DNA of 64,000 bases from Legionellaceae bacterium (GCA_011087865.1 JAALKW010000002.1:13683-77682); one strand, 5' to 3'. Shown: positions 1-8,485, counted from the first letter of the stretch. Program-made: numbers and translations. The notes: generated from the sequence alone by a model not told the origin.

Positions 1-1206
1 TTCTAATTCACGTGGGCCAGGGGTTGCTGATACATAAATCGTTTGAGGCGAACGCGCTTCAAACTCATCGAATTGCAACGGTCTGTTATCTAAAGCAGAA
101 GGCAAACGAAAACCATAATCAACCAAGGTTGTTTTACGTGCCCTATCCCCTTTATACATCCCACCGATTTGTGGCACAGTGACATGCGATTCATCAATCA
201 CCAGTAACGCATTATCAGGCAAATAATCAAACAATGTTGACGGCGGCTCACCTTCTGCACGTCCAGAAAGATGTCTTGAGTAATTTTCAACACCACTACA
301 ATACCCAAGCTCTTGCATCATTTCCAAATCAAAACGGGTGCGTTGCTCAAGCCTCTGCGCTTCAACCAATTTATTTTGAGCAGTTAATACTTTAAGGCGT
401 GCTTGAAGCTCGGGCTTAATTAAATCAATCGCTTTTAACATGCGCTCACGTGGCGTGGCATAATGCGTTTTCGGAAAAATGGTAATCCGCGGCAAACGCT
501 TGATGAGTTCACCTGTTAATGGATCAAACATGGCAATGCTTTCAATCTCATCATCAAATAACTCTACGCGCACGGCTTCTTTTTCTGAGTCTGCTGGAAA
601 AATATCAATTACATCACCATGCACCCGAAACTGTCCTCGCTCGAGTGTGGTGGGATTACGCGTATACTGTAGTTCTGCCAATCGCCTTAAAATATCACGC
701 TGATTAACTTTCTCATGCTTAGATAAATGCAAAACCATATTTAAATAAGCAACCGGATCCCCAAGTCCATAAATCGCAGAAACAGAAGCGACCACAATCG
801 CATCTTTACGCTCCAATAATGCCTTGGTGGCCGAAAGCCGCATTTGCTCTATATGTTCATTGATAGATGCGTCTTTTTCAATAAACATATCAGACGATGG
901 CACATAAGCCTCAGGCTGATAATAATCATAATACGATACAAAATATTCAACGGCATTATCTGGAAAAAATGCTTTAAATTCACCGTATAATTGCGCTGCA
1001 AGCGTTTTATTCGGCGCCATAATCAAAGTGGGTCGTTGCAGTGACTGAATCACCTCGGCAACTGTGTAGGTTTTACCTGAACCCGTAACACCCAAAAGCA
1101 CTTGACGAGCCAGCCCATCTTGAACCCCCTCAAGCAAGCTTTTAATGGCACGGGGTTGATCTCCTTTAGGAGAAAAGTCAGACTGTAAACGAAATAATGT
1201 ACTCAT
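1..1206 (-). CDS. uvrB: Excinuclease ABC subunit B (UvrB), N-terminal ~400 aa; the C-terminus lies beyond the window start
   Basis: Absent from the ORF track because it is open at the window edge. My minus-strand translation from ATG 1206-1204 gives [41 protein letters not shown] (Walker A)..[34 protein letters not shown], which are typical UvrB motifs. Confidence 0.93.
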   Translation of the reverse strand, partial: MSTLFRLQSDFSPKGDQPRAIKSLLEGVQDGLARQVLLGVTGSGKTYTVAEVIQSLQRPTLIMAPNKTLAAQLYGEFKAFFPDNAVEYFVSYYDYYQPEAYVPSSDMFIEKDASINEHIEQMRLSATKALLERKDAIVVASVSAIYGLGDPVAYLNMVLHLSKHEKVNQRDILRRLAELQYTRNPTTLERGQFRVHGDVIDIFPADSEKEAVRVELFDDEIESIAMFDPLTGELIKRLPRITIFPKTHYATPRERMLKAIDLIKPELQARLKVLTAQNKLVEAQRLEQRTRFDLEMMQELGYCSGVENYSRHLSGRAEGEPPSTLFDYLPDNALLVIDESHVTVPQIGGMYKGDRARKTTLVDYGFRLPSALDNRPLQFDEFEARSPQTIYVSATPGPRELE

Positions 1207-1286
1207 GACAAACCTCATGCAATTGAATTCAATTTCGGGTTAAGATAACCACCTATTTTTTAATCATCTAAATAAAGAGAAAAATC

Positions 1287-2465
1287 ATGACACAATTTGC
1301 CTCACGCATACAGTCAGTTAAGCCCTCACCCACACTTGCCGTATCAGCCAAGGCACAAGCACTGCGTCAAGCAGGTCATGATATTATAGGCCTCGGCGCG
1401 GGAGAACCCGATTTTGACACCCCAGAACATATCAAACAAGCCGCCATCAAAGCCATTGATGCGGGTTTTACAAAATATACTGCTGTTGACGGCATCGCTG
1501 AACTGAAAGATGCGATTATATCAAAATTTAAGCGTGACAATGGACTTGATTATACAGCAAACCAAATTCTTGTATCTGTGGGTGGCAAACAAAGCATATT
1601 TAACCTTTGCCAAGCCTATTTAAATCCAAGCGATGAAGTCATTATTCCAGCACCGTACTGGGTCTCTTATCCTGATATCGCTTTGCTTGCAGGTGCGACA
1701 CCTATTATCCTTGAAACCACATCGGATACACGCTATAAAATCACAGCGGAACAACTAGAAGCCGCAATCACCCCTAAAACAAGATTATTATTTTTAAATA
1801 GCCCTTCAAATCCTTCTGGCGTTGCTTATACGCATGAAGAGCTCAAAAAATTAGGTGAGGTGTTACTCAAACATCCTAATATTTTAATCGCAACCGATGA
1901 TATGTACGAACACATTCTTTGGTCAGGGCCATTTGTTAATATTTTAGATGCTTGCCCCGAGCTCTATCCACGCACAGTGGTTTTAAACGGTGTATCTAAA
2001 GCGTATGCCATGACAGGCTGGCGGATTGGTTTTGCAGGGGGACCGGCAGATTTAATCAAAGCCATGAAATTAATTCAATCTCAGTCCACCTCAAGTCCCT
2101 GCTCTATTTCTCAAAAAGCGGCTGTTGCTGCATTAAACGGGGACCAATCTGTGGTACAAACCATGGTAAATGCTTTTCATGAGCGACATGATTATTTAAT
2201 TAGACGTCTCGATGCAATGCCAGGCATCCAGACAATTCCTGCTGATGGCACTTTTTATCTTTTTCCTAATATTCAAAAGAATATCGAGCAACTTGGATTA
2301 ACGGATGACATTCAATTTGCTGCAGCATTGTTAGAAAAAACAGGTGTTGCACTGGTTCCAGGAACCGCTTTTGGCACGCCCGGCTGTATTCGTCTTTCAT
2401 TTGCAACAGATATGGAAACCCTGGAAGATGCCATGAATCGTTTAGAAAATTTTATTACGCGCTAA
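1287..2465 (+). CDS. Class I PLP-dependent aminotransferase (aspartate aminotransferase-like)
   Basis: 392 aa. Has GAGEPDFDTP, NSPSNPSG, and SKAYAMTGWRIG (PLP lysine context). Length is typical of AspAT-type enzymes. Confidence 0.85.
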   Translation: MTQFASRIQSVKPSPTLAVSAKAQALRQAGHDIIGLGAGEPDFDTPEHIKQAAIKAIDAGFTKYTAVDGIAELKDAIISKFKRDNGLDYTANQILVSVGGKQSIFNLCQAYLNPSDEVIIPAPYWVSYPDIALLAGATPIILETTSDTRYKITAEQLEAAITPKTRLLFLNSPSNPSGVAYTHEELKKLGEVLLKHPNILIATDDMYEHILWSGPFVNILDACPELYPRTVVLNGVSKAYAMTGWRIGFAGGPADLIKAMKLIQSQSTSSPCSISQKAAVAALNGDQSVVQTMVNAFHERHDYLIRRLDAMPGIQTIPADGTFYLFPNIQKNIEQLGLTDDIQFAAALLEKTGVALVPGTAFGTPGCIRLSFATDMETLEDAMNRLENFITR

Positions 2466-2499
2466 TTTCTACTTTTTCTAGCTTTTTCATGTAAAACCC

Positions 2500-2528
2500 T
2501 TGAAAAATGACGGGAATCCCTTTAAGAT
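2500..2528 (+). promoter_or_regulatory. Putative sigma70 promoter for tRNA-Asn
   Basis: TTGAAA (2500-2505), 17-nt spacer, TAAGAT (2523-2528), about 14 nt upstream of the mature tRNA 5' end. Confidence 0.4.
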
Positions 2529-2542
2529 TCCCGCTCCAACAT

Positions 2543-2618
2543 TCCCCGGTAGCTCAGTTGGTAGAGCGGATGACTGTTAATCATTAGGTCACAGGTTCGA
2601 GCCCTGTCCGGGGAGCCA
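2543..2618 (+). tRNA. tRNA-Asn (anticodon GTT)
   Basis: 76-nt cloverleaf. Acceptor stem tccccgg/ccgggga, D-arm agctcagttggtagagc, anticodon loop ctGTTaa, T-arm aggttcgagccct, encoded CCA. Close to my recollection of E. coli tRNA-Asn. Confidence 0.93.
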
Positions 2619-2666
2619 TTCACATGTGGCTTCTAGTAAAATTTCTTTTCTTATAAAATATGCTAA

Positions 2667-2694
2667 TAATCAATAGGGCCAGGTTTAATTGATA
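2667..2694 (+). repeat. 28-bp direct repeat, copy 1 (taatcaatagggccaggtttaattgata)
   Basis: Matches 3830-3857 at 27 of 28 positions. It is internally palindromic (ATCAAT-N14-ATTGAT). Confidence 0.85.
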
Positions 2695-2709
2695 ATTTAA
2701 ACACAACGC

Positions 2710-3789
2710 TTATTCAGAGGTAGCTTTTTTACCACCCTTGATTTCATTTAACTCTGCTTCAATTTCTTCTACGCTAGGTAAACTAGTTTTAAACGCTTTG
2801 GGAATGGCTTTTGACAACGTATATTCAGAAATACCAATGGGGGCTTTCATATTACGTAAAGCATATTCAGCAACAACTTTATTTTTCGATTTACACAGCA
2901 AAATACCAATGGTTTGATTATCACCCTCTTTACGCATCAGCTCATCAACTGCTGTCATATAAAAACCAAGCTGTCCTGTGTGTTCCGGTTTAAATTTGGT
3001 CGCCTTTAACTCAATTACAACGAATGACCGCAGGTGCAGATGATAAAAAAGTAAATCAACAAAAAACTCTTGATCGTCGAACGTTAATGGCACCTGCGAG
3101 CCAACAAAAGCAAAACCTTGCCCAAGCTCAATAAGAAAATTACGAATATGTGTCACTAAAGCGTCTTCAACAGCACGCTCATGTGCTTTGCCATGAATGG
3201 TTAGAAAATCAAAATTAAATGGATCTTTTAATATTTCATTGGCTAAATCAGACTGAGCAGCAGATAAATGCTCATGATAATTAGAAGTTTTTTTATTGAT
3301 GACCGCCTGCCTGTTATATAATTCACTTTCGACTTGTATCTCTAACATCGAACGCGACCATCCATTTTTAATGGCTTGCTGTGCATACCACTCACGTTCA
3401 ACATCATTCTTCACCATTTGCATCAAACGAACAATATGCCCCCATGGTAATTGCGAAACAGCTTGTTTCGTAAATTCAAGCTGAGGATAAACAGATGCAA
3501 ATTTCCGCATATTCTCAAGATTTCTCACGGAAAAGCCCTGCATCGCTGGAAAATCTTGTCGTATGTCATGTGAAAATTGCTCAAGAAAACGTGATCCCCA
3601 CTGATGATTTTTTTGTTTCTCAATCAAATCACGACCGAGTTCCCAGTAAAATTTAATGAGTTCATGATTGGCTGCTAATGCTGCTCTGATTTGTGCGGTT
3701 TTTAACCTTTCTTTAATGCCACTGAAAAAATCCACATAATCTTTATTAAGACGAAGTGCATCATCATGAATTTTGATTACTTTACTCAT
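2710..3789 (-). CDS. DUF1016/YhcG-family PD-(D/E)XK nuclease-like protein
   Basis: 359 aa. The N-terminal helical region (ELIKFYWELGRDLIEKQ, WGSRFLEQFSHDIRQDFP..GFSVRNLENMRKF) and the C-terminal DLLFYHLHLRSFVVIELK block are typical of YhcG-like proteins. Confidence 0.7.
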   Translation of the reverse strand: MSKVIKIHDDALRLNKDYVDFFSGIKERLKTAQIRAALAANHELIKFYWELGRDLIEKQKNHQWGSRFLEQFSHDIRQDFPAMQGFSVRNLENMRKFASVYPQLEFTKQAVSQLPWGHIVRLMQMVKNDVEREWYAQQAIKNGWSRSMLEIQVESELYNRQAVINKKTSNYHEHLSAAQSDLANEILKDPFNFDFLTIHGKAHERAVEDALVTHIRNFLIELGQGFAFVGSQVPLTFDDQEFFVDLLFYHLHLRSFVVIELKATKFKPEHTGQLGFYMTAVDELMRKEGDNQTIGILLCKSKNKVVAEYALRNMKAPIGISEYTLSKAIPKAFKTSLPSVEEIEAELNEIKGGKKATSE

Positions 3790-3829
3790 AAACTACTCCT
3801 TGTTGGTTGGATTGATGGGGCCATTCGTG

Positions 3830-3857
3830 TAATCAATCGGGCCAGGTTTAATTGATA
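3830..3857 (+). repeat. 28-bp direct repeat, copy 2 (taatcaatcgggccaggtttaattgata)
   Basis: One mismatch to copy 1. Together the two copies bracket only the YhcG-like gene. Confidence 0.85.
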
Positions 3858-3968
3858 TGTCTAAGAGATATTTATAAAGAAATTGCTTGGATTCAACCAA
3901 CTCATTACACAGCTCTTCTGTGTAGGTTATTAGATCAAGCATACAGCCCCATCTTATCGGGTAACCCA

Positions 3969-4014
3969 CGTTACCAGCTACGGGATCATAGGTTGAGCCC
4001 CGTAGCTGGTAACG
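3969..4014. repeat. Perfect 16-bp inverted repeat (stem-loop) with a 14-nt loop
   Basis: cgttaccagctacggg (3969-3984) pairs with cccgtagctggtaacg (3999-4014). It lies in the gap between the 473-aa gene and the YhcG-like gene. No adjacent T-run follows on the minus strand. Confidence 0.8.
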
Positions 4015-4105
4015 ATTCGTTCGTGGTATCTTTCGTTCGAACCACATTTTTCCAGTCTCATTAAAAAACAAGACCCCAAGCCCTGTAGATAAAAATTTTC
4101 TAATT

Positions 4106-5527
4106 TTAACTCTCAAATTGCTTCAGTCGTTTGACCAACTCAAAATAATAGGGCGCTGTTGTGATACGGTGCGCATCATCTCCCATGTTTTCAATGCCTT
4201 GAGCCGTATATTTATGATGAACTGCTTTTAAATAATCAATCACGACTTGTTTAGACTGAGGCTCTAATAAGTTTGCTCCTGAAGCTTGATACCCTATAGA
4301 CAGTGGTCCAAAAAAGTAGCTATCTAAATCTGCATTGTTTGCCCGACCCAGCTCATCCACTATGGATTGTATATAAATAGATTGAAATGCTTTTGATTGA
4401 TGCACTAAAGTGTACTTCAACATAATAGAAGCGTAGTGATCTACGCTTAACAACCACTTGTCTATTTTGTCTCGTTTTATGGTAATTTCTTCAGGTGAAT
4501 GCGTATCAATAACGCCCCGAATCACATCATCTGCCATGCTTGCATTTAAAGATTTAGCGTCAAGTAATTCACTAAAAAAAGCTTTTAAAAGCGGCTGCTC
4601 ATCGTCTAAATAAGATGCTATATTGCTATGTCGCTGATCATACAGCATTAAAGCTTGAACAATTTTATTTTTTACTGCGATGCGATTTGTTTCAGCATAT
4701 AACTTTAATAATTTTTTGACTAAATCCGGCTCTATGTCATCTGCAAGCAGTCTGTCAATCATGATGCCACGTTTAATATCCATTAAATTTGAGTCATGAG
4801 CAAACTGTATCTGAACAGCCGAGGGCGAAGTGACATAATTAATGGGAGGCGCATCCATCAGTGTTTGAAAAGCCTCATGGGACATCGTATTGAGCGTTTC
4901 CGCCGTTACATGCTCTAAAGATTGATCCATAGCTGTTTCTTGCGGTTGGTTAAAAACAGGCTCTGCAAATCGCTCATTATTAGCATAAGGAAAATAATTA
5001 AATAATTTTTTTGGTAACCATACTCGGCCTGGCATGGTATCTAACCCTTGACTGAAAAACGCCCACCAAACATAAGTGTCACAACGCCACGTGCCACACG
5101 AATTGACTTGACCGCTTCTTGGATTGCCTGAGCCAATATGATATTTCGTATCAAATGTGTATTTAGGACACCACCATCGCTGATGATTTGCTTCAACAAG
5201 CACTTGATATCCAACTCGTCCTCTATCAGCAACACCATACTTGCTTCCCCAGTATCTAGATTGCGCTTTGAAATGACTGATTGAATTGATTTGTCCTACA
5301 GGGCTCTGATTACGAATTTCTATCCCTTGCGTGGCATTTTTTTTCATCCCTTCCGGAGATGACATATCCGTTGTGGTAATACCAACATGACCTAGCCAAC
5401 CTAATCCAGGATAATTTAAATCTCGTCCCACAACTTCAGCTGGGTATATTTGTTTTGCATGACCAAGCGACGCAAGGCCTGTTATTACAATACTGATACT
5501 GAATAGCACTAGTTTTTTATCTTTCAT
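4106..5527 (-). CDS. Secreted protein of unknown function; possible permuted papain-like (NlpC/P60 or YiiX-type) N-domain plus helical C-domain
   Basis: 473 aa. Sec signal MKDKKLVLFSISIVITGLASLGHAKQ. A GHVGITT motif precedes WRCDTYVWWAF, a His-then-Cys order. The C-terminal ~250 aa look all-helical. Confidence 0.55.
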   Translation of the reverse strand: MKDKKLVLFSISIVITGLASLGHAKQIYPAEVVGRDLNYPGLGWLGHVGITTTDMSSPEGMKKNATQGIEIRNQSPVGQINSISHFKAQSRYWGSKYGVADRGRVGYQVLVEANHQRWWCPKYTFDTKYHIGSGNPRSGQVNSCGTWRCDTYVWWAFFSQGLDTMPGRVWLPKKLFNYFPYANNERFAEPVFNQPQETAMDQSLEHVTAETLNTMSHEAFQTLMDAPPINYVTSPSAVQIQFAHDSNLMDIKRGIMIDRLLADDIEPDLVKKLLKLYAETNRIAVKNKIVQALMLYDQRHSNIASYLDDEQPLLKAFFSELLDAKSLNASMADDVIRGVIDTHSPEEITIKRDKIDKWLLSVDHYASIMLKYTLVHQSKAFQSIYIQSIVDELGRANNADLDSYFFGPLSIGYQASGANLLEPQSKQVVIDYLKAVHHKYTAQGIENMGDDAHRITTAPYYFELVKRLKQFES

Positions 5528-5566
5528 CTTTTTAGTTCCGTCTATAAAATGAATAATTATTCTGAA

Positions 5567-6178
5567 TTATGCTTTGTCTGTTGAACTACATATGCGTCTG
5601 ATACATTGATGCGTTATGGAAAATAACAAATGAATAAGCAGTAACGTACAGGTCATAAAATAAAACATATCAATAGGCCCAATGTATGGCATGTGTATGT
5701 AGCGAAGCAAGAACGCTCCGCAGGCAATCAGCGCCATAATCAACCCTGAAAAAATAATGATATACGTTTTATGATTTTTTATTAATGCTGCTATTGCTGA
5801 AAATATAACCGAAAAAATCAAGCCATACAAAGCCATAAAATAAACAATAAACACCCACCACCCTCGCGCATCAGGATTATGATATGCAAGAATTAACGAA
5901 ATAAAGCACCCCTCTAAAAAACTAAAACTGATTATAAAAATATCTCTTTTAAATAATGCTCGTTTTTTTAATTGGTTTTCGGGTAGCGCGATAAGATATG
6001 CTGATTTTTCACTCCAGTAAACTGCGATTGCAACCAAAGGGAAGGTCAAGAAAAAACCTTCGAAAGAAGCATGGGCTGTATGATACTGCATGGCTAGCAC
6101 GGCACAAATAAATGTAAGCACAAGAGACCACGAATACCTATTGAATAACTTAATACGAACTTGATATTTTTTCTTCAT
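5567..6178 (-). CDS. Polytopic inner-membrane protein (about 6 TM), unknown function
   Basis: 203 aa, strongly hydrophobic segments. AAGGAT RBS upstream of the ATG. It sits 23 nt downstream of the TraE-like gene. Confidence 0.6.
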   Translation of the reverse strand: MKKKYQVRIKLFNRYSWSLVLTFICAVLAMQYHTAHASFEGFFLTFPLVAIAVYWSEKSAYLIALPENQLKKRALFKRDIFIISFSFLEGCFISLILAYHNPDARGWWVFIVYFMALYGLIFSVIFSAIAALIKNHKTYIIIFSGLIMALIACGAFLLRYIHMPYIGPIDMFYFMTCTLLLIHLLFSITHQCIRRICSSTDKA

Positions 6179-6201
6179 CTGCTAATCCTTTATCAGTCTT
6201 A

Positions 6202-6756
6202 TCAATCTAAACGCGAAAATTGCATTATTGTTAAACGACCTAAATGATATTGATATTGTATCTCATACTTTACAAGCTCTTCATGAAAAGCATGCGATTT
6301 AGTAGCACGCTTTAATTTTCCTGTGACCGTACAGGCTAAATGTTTTTCATCAAATTTTATGTCTTTTATTTCGAAATAACTCGCAATTTTTTTGCTATTT
6401 ATAACACGTGCTTCTTTGTTTAAAGCGTCTAAAAACTTGGGGTAATATTTAATATCCGCAAATGAAAGTAACCGTTTATGACTGGCTTTCACTGTCTCTG
6501 GTGTAATATTTAAACGCGAATATATAAAGTTTTCTGTCATCATCGAAAGATAATGATTGTCTGCGAAGATATCACTTTTTTGATAAGCCGATGTCCCAGA
6601 AAATGGGGTGATTTCTATTTTTTGGTGTAAAGTGCTATACCATGCCAAAGTAGCAGTTAAAAGATTGCTTAATACCAGTCCAAAAATAACAATCATCATA
6701 ATATTCAAACGTGTGGCAAACCGACTCAGTAGAGGTCGCTGTATCATAAAATCCAT
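6202..6756 (-). CDS. TraE-like protein (F-type conjugative T4SS TraE family), orphan copy
   Basis: Start chosen at MDFMIQRP (AAGGA RBS 7 nt upstream). One N-terminal TM. EITPF..ADNHYLSMMTENFIYSRLNITPETVKASHKRLL aligns with F-plasmid TraE AVTPM..ADASYLQQMALSFIALRLNVSSETVDASHQALL, as I recall that sequence. About 184 aa versus 188 aa for TraE. Confidence 0.6.
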   Translation of the reverse strand: MDFMIQRPLLSRFATRLNIMMIVIFGLVLSNLLTATLAWYSTLHQKIEITPFSGTSAYQKSDIFADNHYLSMMTENFIYSRLNITPETVKASHKRLLSFADIKYYPKFLDALNKEARVINSKKIASYFEIKDIKFDEKHLACTVTGKLKRATKSHAFHEELVKYEIQYQYHLGRLTIMQFSRLD

Positions 6757-6794
6757 TTCTAATTCCTTAATCATACAAAAAAAATAACGCACAT

Positions 6795-6834
6795 AAAAAG
6801 CAACCGACCACACATCTGCTCGTGGGTCGGTTGC
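6795..6834 (-). terminator. Intrinsic-terminator-like hairpin in the 5' leader of the TraE-like operon
   Basis: On the minus strand, gcaaccgacc..(loop)..ggtcggttgc forms a 10-bp GC-rich stem followed by TTTTT. It ends about 40 nt upstream of the start codon at 6756. No upstream same-strand gene needs it. Confidence 0.5.
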
Positions 6835-7017
6835 AAAGATTGGACTTACTCATAAGATGCTGAACAAATCAACGATCCCTTTGGTTTTGTTCTGTTATAA
6901 CCCTCCTTGTTTTATTTAATCAACTCACTTTAAACAAAAGCAGATCTATTCCATTTTGCTGCTTTTGCTTAAAACACAAAAAACATGATACATTGGCCCA
7001 TTTAATGATGACCGTTA

Positions 7018-7039
7018 AAACCAATAAAATTATTGGTTT
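7018..7039. promoter_or_regulatory. Palindromic operator-like site AAACCAATAA-aa-TTATTGGTTT
   Basis: Perfect 10-bp arms with a 2-nt spacer, in the divergent region between the CI-like repressor gene and the TraE-like operon. Confidence 0.5.
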
Positions 7040-7088
7040 GGATGGTATGGCAAATACTCTACCTGTGTCAACCTATTTATTAATTATT

Positions 7089-7098
7089 TTATTGGTTT
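7089..7098 (+). promoter_or_regulatory. Third copy of the TTATTGGTTT half-site
   Basis: Identical 10-mer located 11 nt upstream of the repressor ATG (7109). Confidence 0.4.
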
Positions 7099-7108
7099 AT
7101 AAAAATTT

Positions 7109-7744
7109 ATGACTATCGCGCTGCAAAATAATCTCAAAAAATTAATGATTAAACACGGCAACATGAGCGTCAGTGACTTAGCAAAAGCAACCCTCTTACC
7201 CCAACCTACTTTGTATCAGCTTTATACTGGCGTCACAGAAAACCCAAGAAAAAAAACACTGAGAGCCCTCGCAACTTACTTTTCAATTACAGTCAACCAA
7301 TTAATCGGGGAAGATACACTGCCTTCGCATTTACCCGAAAAAATTAAAAAACAATTAGAATTAAAGACAGCGCCTCTGCTTTCCTGGGATGATTTGCCGC
7401 ATTGGCCAGATCACATCAACTTTGACAATAAAAAAGAAATTTTTCTAGACGAAAAATCAAATCAAACAACCTTTGCGCTCACGATGCCTGATAACAGCAT
7501 GGAACCCATTTTTCCAAAACACAGTCTTTTAATTTTTGACGTGAAAAAAGCAACCGAAGATAATGACTGCGCTATTATTTTCTTAAAAAAGAGCCAACAA
7601 TTTAGTTTTAAAAAAATACGTATCCGTGAAAAAATACAATACGCCCAATCCATTAACCCTGCATCTGAACACGCAAAACCAACCGCCTTAACAAAACAAG
7701 ATAAAATCTTTGCAACATTACGAGAAGCCCGCTTAAGCTTTTAA
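7109..7744 (+). CDS. CI/LexA-like repressor (XRE HTH plus S24 peptidase-like C-domain)
   Basis: 211 aa. N-terminal HTH (MSVSDLAKATLLPQPTLYQLYTG). The C-terminal MPDNSMEPIFPKHSLLIFD resembles the GDSMEP serine motif of S24 autoproteases. Confidence 0.75.
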   Translation: MTIALQNNLKKLMIKHGNMSVSDLAKATLLPQPTLYQLYTGVTENPRKKTLRALATYFSITVNQLIGEDTLPSHLPEKIKKQLELKTAPLLSWDDLPHWPDHINFDNKKEIFLDEKSNQTTFALTMPDNSMEPIFPKHSLLIFDVKKATEDNDCAIIFLKKSQQFSFKKIRIREKIQYAQSINPASEHAKPTALTKQDKIFATLREARLSF

Positions 7745-7764
7745 ACAACAGGTTAAATGCGTGT

Positions 7765-8040
7765 CTATTCAACGGTATGATTAACGGCATCATTCACTGT
7801 ATCACTCACCCCTGCCATATAACCAATGCGATTCGCATCTTCAGGAGATAGTCTTTTAATAAGCGCTGGATCTTTCGAAATAAGCGATGCTGATTTATCT
7901 TTAATTAATGTGTTTTTACAATCGGTTAATGTCACACGATATTCTTGTAGCCCTGCATGAAATTTCAAAAAAATTACTTTTAAATGGTCTGCAAAACGAT
8001 TCGTGTTACTACTGTGGTTGTTGAACTTTACCCAATCCAT
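7765..8040 (-). CDS. Hypothetical protein
   Basis: ORF of 91-95 aa, starting at ATG 8040 or TTG 8052. No recognisable motif. Confidence 0.35.
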   Translation of the reverse strand: MDWVKFNNHSSNTNRFADHLKVIFLKFHAGLQEYRVTLTDCKNTLIKDKSASLISKDPALIKRLSPEDANRIGYMAGVSDTVNDAVNHTVE

Positions 8041-8135
8041 GATGTCGTCCAATAATGCTAGTTTAAAATATTACATTCCATACTTAGGACAAAATCCTAA
8101 CATAATTAAATAGTAAAAGCTTGTAAAAAACCCAT

Positions 8136-8190
8136 AAAAAAAACTTTGTGTTTCAGCCGTAATTTTTAGGTTGCAACTGAAACACAAAGT
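8136..8190 (-). terminator. Rho-independent terminator downstream of the 8237-8485 gene
   Basis: 14-bp perfect inverted repeat actttgtgtttcag / ctgaaacacaaagt (8143-8156 / 8177-8190), followed on the minus strand by a run of 8 T. Confidence 0.65.
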
Positions 8191-8236
8191 TCTAATTTAG
8201 AGCCCAATAACCCCTATCCTGAGCCTAAACTATTTT

Positions 8237-8485
8237 TTATTTTGCTTTATCTTTTAATTTTTTATAACCATCATTCAAGTTCTGACCCACTCGATTCACT
8301 GCGCCAGAAGCTTCACCAACCATTCGGTTTGCAGCACCACCGGCCTCATTCAATAAATCAGCAGCTACGTTTTCTACATTGTCTTCTGACTGCTTCACGG
8401 TATCAGGATGATCAGCAAAAGCATTCGCTCCCAATCCAACCAAAGTAAAAGCAAACAAAGATACCGCTAACCTTAACTTTTTCAT
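8237..8485 (-). CDS. Small secreted protein
   Basis: Start at MKKLRLAVSLFAFTLVGLGANAFA (signal peptide), with an AAGGAG RBS. The mature part is about 58 aa and has a GGAANRMVGEASGAVNRVG repeat. Confidence 0.6.
   Translation of the reverse strand: MKKLRLAVSLFAFTLVGLGANAFADHPDTVKQSEDNVENVAADLLNEAGGAANRMVGEASGAVNRVGQNLNDGYKKLKDKAK

Noticed and set aside
3985-4003. True attR copy of the tRNA-Asn 3' end marking an island boundary
   Set aside because: The similarity covers only about 15 nt of the T-arm, needs a gap, and does not extend to the acceptor/CCA end. It is kept as a weak note only.
3793-4116. 107-aa minus-strand ORF between the 473-aa gene and the YhcG-like gene
   Set aside because: It overlaps the upstream gene stop. 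It also contains the perfect 16-bp hairpin and one copy of the 28-bp repeat. It has no recognisable motif or RBS, so it is treated as non-coding.
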